Positions 1-11,900 of a DNA stretch of 64,000 bases are shown here, piece after piece (the first letter of the stretch is position 1; each line of letters opens with the position of its first letter). The translations under genes were made by a program, and so were the position numbers. Origin of the DNA: Phaeosaccion multiseriatum (Eukaryota > Protista > Ochrophyta, other classes); contig OZ218965.1 in NCBI GenBank assembly GCA_965112735.1, forward strand, positions 1,860,001 to 1,924,000, read 5' to 3'. The notes under the pieces are model-generated. The model was not told where the DNA came from, ran no database searches, and saw only the letters and a program-made list of their open reading frames with translations.

Positions 1-3000
1 ACTCGCGCAGACGTCCATACACTCGCTCTGACAGGTGAGGGTACCACTCCTTGATCAACTGCACTCCTGCCATCAGAGTCCCACCGGACGTGTCACTCTG
101 GCTACCGAGTCGCAAGGCACCATCCGCATCCAGTACCCACCCATCACCGCGTAGGTCAGTCAATGATGTGCCCACCGCCGCCGACGATGAACCTGCCTCG
201 GACCGTAGTGGCGGTTCCTCCGACGCCACTGACGATGCCGCCCCTGGCGCAGGCCTGCTGGTGGAATCATCAGCCCCCGCCACGTGGTGGACCTGCAGCT
301 GGCCTGTACGAGGCGGTCGGGGCTCCTGCAACTGTGTCTGACGGCGTCGCGCTACCGCCGCCGGAGCCACCTGCTGCTGTACCGCATTGGACCGCTGAAC
401 CTGCTGAGCTGCCGACGAATCCGCTCGCTTAAAGAGCTCTTCCCGCTGGGCCTTGTGCCGTCGCTGCAATGCCCACTGGCGTTGCTGCCGTGCCTGCTGC
501 TGTGCCGCTTGTAACCGCTTGGCCTGCTGCGTTGCCAACCAGGCTGCTGTCTCCTCCTTCGAGTCCACTCGTGGTGTGTCAGCTCGTCTGGCCGGCACTC
601 GCACTGTCCCCCCAGGAGGGCGCCAAGGGCACGCGACGCTCCCGCGGCACCTGTCGTTGCCCCAAGTCGCTCCCCCAAGCGAGACGAAGCCCTCGGTGAT
701 GCCAGGCGCAGGAGCCGTCAGCGCACAGCTCCCGTCGCAGCGGCAAAACTTGTCGTCGCACTTGCTCATGGCGCTCCAACACTGCTTGCCGATGAACCTG
801 GTCCCACAGCACAGGAGACTCCACAAGCATTGATGCCACTCTCCGACGTTGCCGCTGCAACCGCCCAGCACCCACTCGACTCTGACGACACTGACTCCCC
901 TTCTTGCCGCTGCGCTGCAAATGCTGAAACCGGGCCTTCACTGCCGGCTGAGGCACCAGAGTCGATGGCACCCCCACCTCAGTCCGTGGGTGCGTCAGGG
1001 CCTGCACCTGCACAGCTTGCAGCGGAAGCGCCGTAGCCCCCAGCTCAGCCTCCTCTGGTACCACCGAGCAGCGAACTACAGGCCCCTGCGGTGGGCACCA
1101 GACCGGCTCAGCTCCTGCTTCAGCTTCAGCCGGCTGCTGCGACGCCTCCTCCTCCACCACAGACTCAACCGCCTCCCGCGCCTTGGACCATGGCAGCCTG
1201 CGCTTCACCACACGCCTCACCATCCCGCCAAGAGCACCAAGCCAGGAGGAGGGGGCCGCTGCAGTCTCCGGCATGGTATCTGAAGAAGCCGGCTCAGCGA
1301 GCATGAGCGCGGCCACCTCAGCGCTCGCCTCCGAGTCGAGCAAGCAAGAAGCGGTGCCGATGACCTGCCCAGGAACGACCACAATGACCTGATTGTGGTG
1401 ATTCTGCACTGTGATTCGGTAACTCTGCCCCCCAGCATACACACCATCTTTGTGCGCCACTAGAACCTGCTCGTGCTCCAGCCACCATAGAACGTCCGCC
1501 TCTGCCGCCAAGTGTCCGTGAGCGCCCAGCTCCACCACCGCCTGGACACCCTCAACGATACCCGTAAGCTCGAGGAGAAGGGACCCCGTCTGTCCAGGTC
1601 CCAAGCTCAAAGCCTCCACAGCACGTACCCCCCCAACAGCAGCGTTGCCGTCCACCACTGCCAGCACTTGCACAGCCAAGGCATCGGACGGACGAGCATC
1701 CGACGTGGCCTCCTCCGAAGGAGTCGGAAGTACGTAGAGCTGCTTCGCACGATGATCGACGACTGCCCCTACTTGGGTGAAGAAATCCTGCCCCAAGAAG
1801 ATGGGCCGCGCCAAGTGGTCCACCACATGAAAGGGTAGCACCGGCTGGCACGTCGGCGTGAGTCCCACCTGAAGCCAAACAAGCCCTCTGGACATAGTCT
1901 TGGCACGATTGTCAGCGTAAGACACCTGCACCCCCTTCTGCGTGGCGAGCTCTGACCGCTCCACCGTGCCATCCGCCACCAGTTGATTGAAGCAGGCTGT
2001 CGAGATGCAGCCCGCTCCTGTGCACCCACTGTCCATCAAGGCTGTAAAGGCGCTCTTCTCCACGGCGTCGGCGGCACTGGCATCCCGTGGAGCGGTAGCA
2101 GCCAAGCAATGCCGAGCGTCACTGACCTTCACTGGCGAGCGCACCGTAACCTCAATCGTGTGGCCCCGCCCTGCTGGGACTGCCGTACGACCCGTGGCAG
2201 CCACCGCTTCGGCAATCTCAGCTCTCCGCACTGCTGTCTGCAAGGCGGCCACCCCCCCCGGAGCGTCCTCCATCCGCACACGGTAGAGAGCCAAGGCAGC
2301 GCGTTGCACACACCCCTCACACATATCACACTCACTGTCAACAGCCGACGCACAGGCACAAGCTCCCGGACTGGGGGGCTCCTTGAGCAGAGCGACTCCC
2401 GCGCCAGGCTCCAAGGCTACTGCATGACAAGCACGCACAAACGGATCAAGGGCAAGCGTGTGCAGCCCCGCCTCCTCCGTCAACACCGCCGTGAAAGCAG
2501 CCTCCTGCTGATGCTGCTGTGCTGCTGCTGTCGCACGAGCACGCTGCCTCCGCTGCTTCCTCCGTACCCGCCGTCGAAGAGCTACTGCGCGCCTCGCTGC
2601 ATCCTGCTGCTCCTGTGCCGCCTGCTCGTCACCCTTGCGCAGCGCTGCCTTCGCCTGCTGGGCACGCCGTCTCAACCACTTTGCTGCCACCCTCTGCTCA
2701 GTCCTGCTCCGCCCCTCCGCCGGAGGCACCGCTGGAGACGTCAGCGGCAGGGTCCGAAGGCTCTGCTCCTGCTGCTGAAGCTGAACCTCCTCCTGCTGCT
2801 GAAGCTGAACCTGCCACGCCCACTGTTCATGTTCCCCCGTGGGAGTGAATGGCGGAAGAGATGCTGCCCCGAGCGGTAAGGCCCGCACGAGGCCCATGGC
2901 CTTGGCCTGGCGAGGCGTCACCAGGGAGCACAGCTGCTGAGGCTGAAGCTCATCGCTTGACGGTGGGCTGGCTTTTGCAACCTGGACGGCAGCCTCGACA

Positions 3001-4097
3001 GCATGACCCTGCTGCTGCTCCAATTGCTCCTGCTGCCCCCCCGCCACCTGCGGCTGCTGCTGCAGCAGCTGCTGCTGCTGTCCCAGCCGCTGTTGCCGCT
3101 CCTTCGCCGCACGCAGTGCGCGCTGTTCCGGGAAGGCACACGCACGCACCCGCTCCAAACCCCTTGCATCCATCCAGACAGACTCGTGTTGCGCAACGGT
3201 TGCCGCCTCGCACTCAACCTCCCCCACTGCCGACGGTGGCACCTGCTGCTCCGGACACTCACCCGCAACGACTGCATCCTCCTGGCGCAGAGGCAGCGGC
3301 AGCGCGACGTCAGGTCCGCTCGACGGCTCGACGGCAGAGCCGGGCTGCGGTGCTTCGACTAAGCACACGGAGCGTACCACTGGACACGGCTGCTGCTGCT
3401 GCTGCTGCTGCTGCTCCGGCGGCGGCAGCTGCTCGACTGCGGAAGCCGCTGGCGCAGCCTCCTGGTGCGCGCCCTCCACGACTACCTCTACTGCACGCTG
3501 CGCCTGCTGCTGTACCGCCGTCATCGCCGTGTGCTCACCAGCAACGACTGCATCCGGGCCGTCAGTGCCCCGCGACTGCTCGACCACAGAGCGTACCACA
3601 GGACCCGGCTGCTGCGCTAGCTGCCGCTCCGGCTGCTGGCGCTGCGGCTGCGGCAGCTGCCGCTCCGACGCTGGCAGCTGCTCGACCGCGGACGGCGCAG
3701 GCACAGCCTCTCTGTGCGCACCCTCCACGACTGCCTCTACGACACGGCGCTGCTGCTGCTGCTGCTGCTGCTGCAGCTGCTGCTGCTGCAGCTGCTGCTG
3801 CTGTTGCTGTTGCCGTTGTAGCCGAGCACGTTTGAGTCTGTCGCCACACCACATGTCACTCCGATAAACTCTGATGGCAGGTGACTCCTGCTCTACACGA
3901 CTAGCCTGACCGCTCCTACGCTGAGCGTCGGCATGGGGCAAAGGTGGGTCTGACAAACAAGATAGGTGCGAAGTACATTCATTATCTTCTACACTGCTCT
4001 TGCCCGCCCTCCCCCCCTGTTCCCCCACGCCGACGCTATCCTCACGCGCTGCGGTCGTGGGCCCCAGGGCTGCTGGCCAAGCAGCCCCGGGGCACCG
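1..4097 (-). CDS. pol: Retrotransposon Pol polyprotein N-terminal part (Gln-rich spacer, aspartic protease, long linker), partial
   Basis: Open and in frame with gag from 4097 to 579; DSG protease motif; after a 1-nt shift at the G6 run 608-613 the frame (TVRVPARRADTP...LIKEWYPHLSERVYGRLRE) stays open to the window edge. Confidence 0.8.
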
Positions 4098-4398
4098 TCA
4101 GCCTTCGAACTTGAACCCGTCCTGCGCCGCCAGAGTGCCCGCCACCATTGCTGCTACGGCTTCAGACATGTCGGACTCCTGGTGCTGCGCTCTGACCGCC
4201 TGCCGCCGCTGCACGCGACTCACAATGCCGAGCAGCTCCTCACGCGTAGCGGGGATGGCGTTGCATTCTATCCATCCATGGCCGGCGCGGCGACAAGTCA
4301 TGCAGTTAAATGGGGCATTGCCGTTGCCACGCTGCTTCACCGAGCCGTGGAACAGCAAGGGCCGCTGCTGGGTGGGCGTGAGCCGCGGCTGCTGCGCC

Positions 4399-4433
<35 letters not shown>

Positions 4434-6286
4434 TGCATTCACCCCCACCTCCTGTGACGGCTGATGGTCCAGATGCTGCTCCACCGAATTCACGGCCACT
4501 TCCAGATGCTGCTCCACCGCATTCACGGCCACTCCCCCGCGCGGAGTGCGCAGACCACCACCACCACCACCACGGGCCCGCGTAGCCCCACCAGTAGAAG
4601 AGAGCGTAAGTGGGCTACCAGCCTGGAGCACCCGAGTCGCGGAAGGAAATGCCTTCTGGAAGGCGGCGTAGAAATCACTCCACGAGGGAGTCGCCGACTC
4701 CCAGCGCAGCCAGAAGTTGGTCATGCCGTCAGTTAATGGCAACGAGCCGTGACGAAGCCGAATCTCGACCTCTGGCCGCAGCACCGCCAGCAGGCCCGTA
4801 ACCAAGGCTTGCTCATCCGTGGCCTGCCCCGTCACCTGCGCCAGACACAGAGAGAGTTCCGCCAGCTTGGTGAGCAGCCTGGCGAGCGCCTGGTTCACCT
4901 CGGCAGGAACGGTGGACGCTTCCAGAGGCTTGGCCTCCCGCACCAACGTCTGGACAAGCTGCTGGAGGCCGTCTCGCGCAACAGGAACGCCGAAGAGACG
5001 CAACAGACACCTCGCGAGCAATTGGAACTGTGCACTCTCCGTCTCCCACTCCAATGTGACGTGCTGGTCGCCCTCCATCCACGACGCACCCTTCTGAGCC
5101 TCCGCCAGGACAGTGGCCCGATCCACTGCACCCAAGTCGGCCAGCACTCGCTGCTCCATCACCCGCCCTTGGCCCGGAAGCACGGACCCAGTAGAAGTCA
5201 AGATCTCCTGTCCTTGCAGAATGCTCACCCAGTTGTACATGCGTGCGAGCACCACAGCACGAGGATGAGGCTGTCCAGCCGCATCGAATAGAGAGGGAAG
5301 TTTCTGCTCCTGGAGCACACGGATAGCACCCACGGGCAGCGTGATCGTCTGCACCGTATGACGGGCGGGCGCCTGCAGCACATCCAGGGCCTGCTGCCGT
5401 GCCCGCTCCCGCTCCCGTTCCATGTCCCGCTGTAGCATATCCTTAACCTGCTGCTGCAGCACCTCTACCCCCCCCGGTGCGGCATCCTTAACCTGCTGGA
5501 GCTGCGCCGCTAACAGCTCCCGCTGCAACGTCTCCACCTCCAACTGGGCAGCACCCTCAGGCGGCCGCTTCGGCGGCGGCTGCGCCGCCATCTGTCGCTG
5601 CAGCTCCGCCGCCACCTGCTGCTGCAGCTCCACCGCAAACTCCCGCTGCTGCTCCGCCCCCGCGAGAGCCGCAGCACCTCCAGTTCCCGCTGGAGGGCCG
5701 CCGTCTCCGCCTTGCTCTCCCGCAGTTGGGCCGCCATGAGCTGCGCAGCTTGGTGCTGCGTCAGCATCTCAAGCCCCTCCTGGAGAACCCGCGTGTCCTC
5801 CTGCTCCGGTGTCTTCTCTCCCTCCGCTGGCTGATCCACCACCCGAGCCCCGCCAGACGCACCAACAAGAGGGACCAAGGGCGTGCCAACCACATCCCAC
5901 ACCGTGCTCTCCTCCTGGCCCACCGACTCTGCATCCCCCGAGTGGAAGGAAACCTCCGACGCCGCCACCGTCAGCGGCCTCACCCCAGCAGCAGGAGGGG
6001 AAGCGGCAGCAGCCGTAATCGCAGACCCCTCAAAAAAAGAGGGCGACTCCAGGGACTCCTCCCCCCGACGCAACGCCGCCCGCACACGGTCCACAGCCCC
6101 AGGGCTGGCAGTGACCTCCGCAGGAGGAGCAGCAGCTTCCGATACCACAGACCCCACGTCCGCAGCACCACCATCAGCTCCACCGCCCTCAGCGTCACTC
6201 GTAGCGCCCTCCGCCGATGAAAGACTCAGGAAGTCCCCCTCCTCAGCCCTGGCCACCCTAGCAGCGTGGAACCGCAGGAAGTCCAT
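4098..6286 (-). CDS. gag: Retrotransposon Gag (one 1-nt frameshift at the G-run 5657-5661)
   Basis: ORFs 6307-5510 and 5633-4098 join across a G5 run (...RLSR/AEQQREFAVELQ...); coiled-coil N-terminal region; C-terminal CCHC zinc knuckle; TGA at 4100-4098. Confidence 0.8.
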
Positions 6287-6405
6287 CCCCGCCTCAGCCA
6301 GTGCCACCCTAGCAAGCCCAAAGCTGTCTACGGCCTAAAGCTGGGCAGCTGGAAGCAAAGCTCAAGCCAACACAATAAATCAGCCTCAAAGCTGGATCTC
6401 AGACC

Positions 6406-6624
6406 TGTGTCTTTCGGGTCTTCCGGGTTGTCGAAACTACCGACAGCTAGCCTCAAAGCCAAGCTAGAGCAGAGCAGAAGCTGAAGCAAGCACCCGGAAG
6501 CCAGCCCACACGCAGGCTGCGCTTCCTTTCTTTTATTACTGATTTACCGTCTAGTTGGCCCGTTTTCCGGCCGTTACACTACTGATTGGGTCCCCAAGGG
6601 ACCCCAACTAGGCCACTTCTAACA
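6406..6624 (-). repeat. Putative 5' LTR (~219 bp, TGTTAG...GACACA on the minus strand)
   Basis: Starts TGT exactly where host repeat sequence (cattctacagggcatg, compare ~8488) is interrupted; contains AATAAA on the minus strand at ~6532-6537. The inner boundary is inferred because the second LTR is not in the window. Confidence 0.55.
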
Positions 6625-8990
6625 CATTCTACAGGGCATGGGCGCTGCGAAAGGATGCAAACTGCGATGTGCAGGGGAAGAGCACATGGGGTGGTGCGAT
6701 GCATGTATGGGCAGGGGGGGGAGTGAGTTCAAGGCCAATCAGCCCACACCGGAAAGTAAGAGAAGTGAGGAAGCCTTCAGCTAGGCTAGCCGACAACAAG
6801 TGAAGAATGCAAGCAAGTAGGGGTGGCTGAAGGAGGGAACGGGACAGCCCATACACGAATCGAGTAAATACAAGCAACATCTCGGGGGCGGGCAGAGTGG
6901 CTAGGGCTAATCCATTTCTCGCTCCCCCTCATCCCCTCGAGATCCAAGAAGTGGCCAGCCAGCAGTAGTGCTCTTTGCATGGGGTGAAGTGGAAAGGGCT
7001 TCACGTCACCGACTCACCGAACACGCAAGGAGACCGCCGCACCCCACGAGGCAGTTCTGCAAGGCGAGCAAAGAGCGGCAAGCAATACGGATGGAATGCT
7101 CGAAAGTCACGAACCAGTGCCCAAGCAACGCCCACGCCAAGGCACTTCGGGGTACTACAGCACGCTGGCAGGCGAGTGGTCACAGTCAGACCAAGCGATG
7201 GGCTGACAATGAACCCGCCCCGCACAACACCACCCGCGCCGAAGCCAACCACGCTTCACTGTTCATCAAGCACCAGGCTTCGTTCACAACAAGTCAAGCT
7301 CTACGTACATTAAAGTTGGCGCCCTGACACAGCCACACGAGCGAGGGTACAGAGGCCCCCAGGCATGTAACGGCAGAAACAATTGGCACCACAAGCCATC
7401 GCCGAAGAGAAGCAGTCCAAGCGGGGAGGTGCAACAGGCAGGTACAGGTAGCAACGACAGAGCCAAGGGGACGAGGTAGCGGGAGGGGGGGGGGCAAGAG
7501 CAGCCACACGTGAGAGGAGGTCACGGGAGCACAGACAATCGAAGTTCTCCTTCGAAGCAGCATGCAAATTATTCTACAGGGCATGGGCGCTGCGATGTGC
7601 AGGGGAAGAGCACATGGGTGGTGCGATGCATGTATGGGCAGGGGGGGGAGTGAGTTCAAGGCCAAACAGCCCACACCGGAAAGTAAGAGAAGTGAGGAAG
7701 CCTTTAGCTAGGCTAGCCGACAACAAGTGAAGAATGCAAGCAACTAGGGTAGAAGGAGGGAACGGGACAGCCCACACACGAGTCGAGCAAGTACAAGCAA
7801 CATGTGGGGGGGGGGGGCAGAGTTGTTAGGGCTAATCTATTTTACTCGTCTCCCCATCCCCTCGAGATCCAAGAACTGGCCAGCCAGCAGTAGTGCTCTT
7901 TGGATGGGGCGAGCTGGAAAGGGCTTCACGTCACCGACTCACATCACACGCGTCATCGATGCAAAGCACGTCGTCGCAGTCCTGCAAGGCGGGCAAAGAG
8001 CAGCAAGCAATAGGGATGAAGTGTTCGAAAGTCATGATCAAGCCACGCCCACGCAAATGCACTTCGGGGTTCTTCAGCACACTGGCAGGCGAGTGGTCAC
8101 AGTCAGACCAAGCGATGGGCTGACAATGAACCCGCCCCGCACAACACCACCTGCGCCGAAGCCAACCACGCGTCACTGTTCATCAAGCACCAGGCTTTCG
8201 TTCACAACAAGTCAAGCTCTACGTACCTTGAAGGTGGAGTCCTGATACAGCCACACGAGCGAGGGTACAGAGGCCCCCAGGCATGTAACGGCAGAAACAA
8301 TTGGCACCACAAGCCATCGCCGAAGAGCAGCAGTCCAAGCGGGGAGGTGCAACAGGCAGGTACAGGTAGCAACGACAGAGCCAAGGGGACGAGGTAGCGG
8401 GAGGGGGGGGGGGCAAGAGCAGCCACACGTGAGAGGAGGTCACGGGGAGCACAGACAATCGAAGTTCTCCTTCGAAGCAGCATGCACATTCTACAGGGCA
8501 TGGGCGCTGCGGAAGGATGCAAACTGCGATGTGCAGGGGAAGAGCACATGGAGTGGTGCGATGGATGCAGAGGGCAGGGGGGGGAGTGAGTTCAAGGTCA
8601 ATCAGCCCACACCGGAAAGGAAGAGAAATGAGGAAGCCTCGAGCTAGGCTACTAGCTAGGCTAGCCGACAACAAGTGAAGAATGCAAGCAACTAGGGGTG
8701 GCTGAAGGAGGGAACGGGACAGCCCACACACGAGTCGAGCAAGTACAAGCAACATCTCGTGGGGTGGGGGGCAGAGTTGCTAGGGCTAAACCATTTCTCG
8801 CTCACCCTCATCCCCTCCTCGAGATCCAAGAACTGGCCAACCAACAGAAGTGCTCTTTGCATGGAGCGAGCTGGAAAGGGCTTCACGTCACCGACTCACC
8901 TGACACGACTTGCGCAGGTGTGCACCAATGATGCAATCTACGTTGCAGTTCTGCAAGGCGAGCAAAGAGAAGCAAGCAATAGGGATGAGG
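6625..8990. repeat. Tandem duplication, ~920-945-bp unit, ~2.5 copies, each full unit carrying two micro-exons
   Basis: Anchor ctacagggcatgggcgctgcg recurs at ~6629, ~7574 and ~8491; long near-identical stretches between the copies. Confidence 0.95.
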
Positions 8991-11900
8991 GGACACGTTG
9001 GAGGGGTTCCAGTGACGCTTTCCACGACGTTCGATGGGCATCAGTCTGGTCAAGTCAAAGTACCTAAAAAGAAGTCAAGGACTTTCGACAAACGACTCGG
9101 ACGAAGAGGGGCGGTGCAGACATCAACAGTTGCGATGACCATACACAAGTCTGTGTTCACAAGAGCAGAAGAGAGCAGTGACAAGGGTGAAGGTCTGATG
9201 CTTAGACTTACGATAAATGTCTTGGACTGGGAGAGCCGGGAAGGACGAGAAGCGTTGTCCACGTCCGCAGCACCCACGGACGGGGGGGGGGGACGGAGAT
9301 TGCCCAGTCCCGGCGGTGCAAGGGTGGGGGCGAAGGGGGGCGAGGGTCCCACCAGCCAGCAAGGAGGAGTGAGACGAGCCATGAAGTCAAGGGACAGCAG
9401 CCAGTGTTAGGAAGGGGACGAGGAGATAAGAAAGCGGAGCCGGAGGAGCCCGTGCATGGCCAAGGGCAGGGCAAGGAAGGGGGTGGGGGGGCAGGGAAAT
9501 CGAATAGAGGAGTAACGCACAGAGGAAGCACAGATGAGTGAGTCGCTCGCCCGTTATGCCACTACCCCACCCTTGACTCACGCACAAGCAAGCCGCTCCT
9601 CACAGACAGGTTTCAATCCCACCACTCTTCACTGCCTGCCTGAAGAAGCGCAGAGCAGGAAGATCAAGACCAGCAGCTGCCTAGGGAGGAGCAGCAAGGC
9701 AGGGGCACACGGGCACCCCCTCCTACGTAGCGCAGACATGCTGCGCTCGGACGCACCCGACATGCTCCATTGGAAGCGTCGTCGCAAATGACGGGGGAGG
9801 TGCAGTCGTAGCAAGTATCACTGTCGAGTCCTGATATGGTTCCTCCTGCCTCATAACATAATTCAGCAAAGGCTGATGTGATGACCATCATGGCACATCA
9901 CGCCCAGTGGCAGTGAGAGCGGCAGAAAGGTAAGAGGGGAGCGAGCTTAGATGCCAGCAAACAAGGTGCGTGGGCGAGCAGGGGCGAAACCGCAATAGAC
10001 GCTGGAGGCCACGCAACCTAAGCCAGTAGAGTATTACACATCATCAGCCAGGGCAATACATCCCTTCCTCACCACAGTTAGGGACAATAGCCTGGTCCGC
10101 GTTGGCCGCAAAAGGGCAGCTGGAAGGAGCAGAGGAAGCAAAGAGGCCAGAGAGAAGGGAGGTGTAGTCAGCGCGAGCTCCTCCACGGAAGCAGGAAGAC
10201 ATCAGCCAGGCAGGGCACTTGGCCACACACAGGAGGGAGCCGGCCAAGTCACAAACCCGCACGCACGGGAAAACATGACAAGCAGGGGGCGACGATGCCA
10301 TGACAGAGAGACGCTGGGGGGGCACATTCACGCAAACTCGCTCCTTACTTGTCACAAGCGTCTCCAACTCCGTCTTCCTCGGCATCCTCTTGGTTGGGGT
10401 TGTCTACGTCAGGGCAGCTGCGAGGACCAAGGAGCAACAAGCACAGGGGGACAATGTAGTCGCTCAGTGTGTCGACCCTCTACAGGGAGACGCTAGGGGG
10501 TACACGCACGCGATCAGCACGCACACACACATCCACACCATATTCATTCCCACTCCAGTCGGTCCACAGGTTTGAGCACTCACTTGTCGAGATGGTTCGT
10601 AATACCGTCCCCGTCGATGTCTGCAAGCACGAGACGCCGTGGCAGGAGGAGACGGGGAGCGACCCAGCAGCAAAAGACGAAGAAAAGTGGGTCAGACTAG
10701 GAGAGCACTTCCAGTAAAAGAATTTGAGAGGAGGAGGAAGAGGAGGAACGCGAGCGCACAAGACGAGGGGCAACGCGCTGCAGATGTAGAGTCTAAGTTT
10801 GGACGTGCACAATGGAGTGCTTCTCCCCGGGCCCTGCCCTTTCTCACCACACGCGTCTCCTATTCCGTCATTATTGCTGTCTTGTTGGTCGGGGTTGGCT
10901 GTGTCCGGGCAGCTGCGAGGAGTCAGCACGAGGGGGGGAGGAAGTTGTGTAGTCAGTGTGGACCCTCTTCGACACACGGGGGCGTTGCGCACGCACACAC
11001 ATTTGTTGCAGTCGCACTTGCATGTCAAGTGGAGCAGAGAGGAGGGCATTGACTAGGCCAAAACCAAAGACTAGCTAGACACAGAGAGGCGCTGGGGGGG
11101 GCACACGCACGCACGCACGCACGCACGGCGGACAGTCATGAAAAGCAGGGCTACTACCGCAGGCCACAGAGAAATGCGCTGCTGGGGGTGCGCACCCAGG
11201 CCACGCAGCACACACCCACACGCACAAGCAACACGCGATCCACTCCCGTCAAATCGGTCCGAAATGTATAGAATGAATTAAACCACTCACTTGTCCCAAG
11301 GGTCGAAAACGCTGTCCCCGTCGGTGTCTGCAATCAGCAGGGCCGCCACCGCCGCACGAGGCGCACGCCATGGCAGGAGGGGGTGGGGAGCGGCCCAGCA
11401 GAGCATACACAAGGCAAGCGCATGAGAGAAACGATTGTCAGACTGGGGGGGGCAATGAGTAGGGCAGCCACGACAAAAGAATCCGAAGAGCTCACTGGCT
11501 GTGCGGCCATGAAAAGTAAGCAGCGCGTATCGAGGAGCGACGAGATGAAGGTGCGCAAGTCATCCTGAGCTCCGTCCCTTTCCTCACCATCTCACTCGTC
11601 CTTACCTTTACACACTCGAGTGAGTGTTGGGCTAAAAGTGTTGCAGGGATGCACACGGGCGGGGTTCAAGAAGGGAAAGGATGTTTACCGAACAGCAACA
11701 CGAGAGCATCAACGCACAAAGACAGGAGCAAAGGGAGGGGAAGAGGGATGTGAGCGCGAGGGTGTGGGATTGGCGCTCCTTGCCTTCTTGGTCAACTCAG
11801 CACGGGCAGGAGAGTAAATGCACTCCTCAAAGGCACTCTGCCTGCGATTACCCACTTACCAAACTCCTTGCCCCGTGGCCACGCAGCATGAAGCACCATT

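Larger units (their letters stand above)
1..6624 (-). mobile_element. LTR retrotransposon, probably Ty3/Gypsy-like (5' LTR, gag, protease, start of pol; RT/RH/IN beyond the left window edge)
   Basis: CX2CX4HX4C knuckle CMTCRRAGHGWIEC (4304-4263); retropepsin motif ALMDSGC (DSG at 2033-2025) followed by 'FHVVDHLARPIFLGQDFF'; no integrase motif recognised after the protease; TG...CA-bounded LTR candidate; sharp junction with host repeat sequence at 6624/6625. Confidence 0.85.

Noticed and set aside
4098-4100. UGA as a selenocysteine codon
   Set aside because: No SECIS-like element identified and the context is not a redox motif; readthrough is the simpler explanation.
6391-6405. PBS complement read as a tRNA arm with a UCA (opal/Sec) anticodon
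   Set aside because: The stem would not close and position 33 is not U; probably coincidence.
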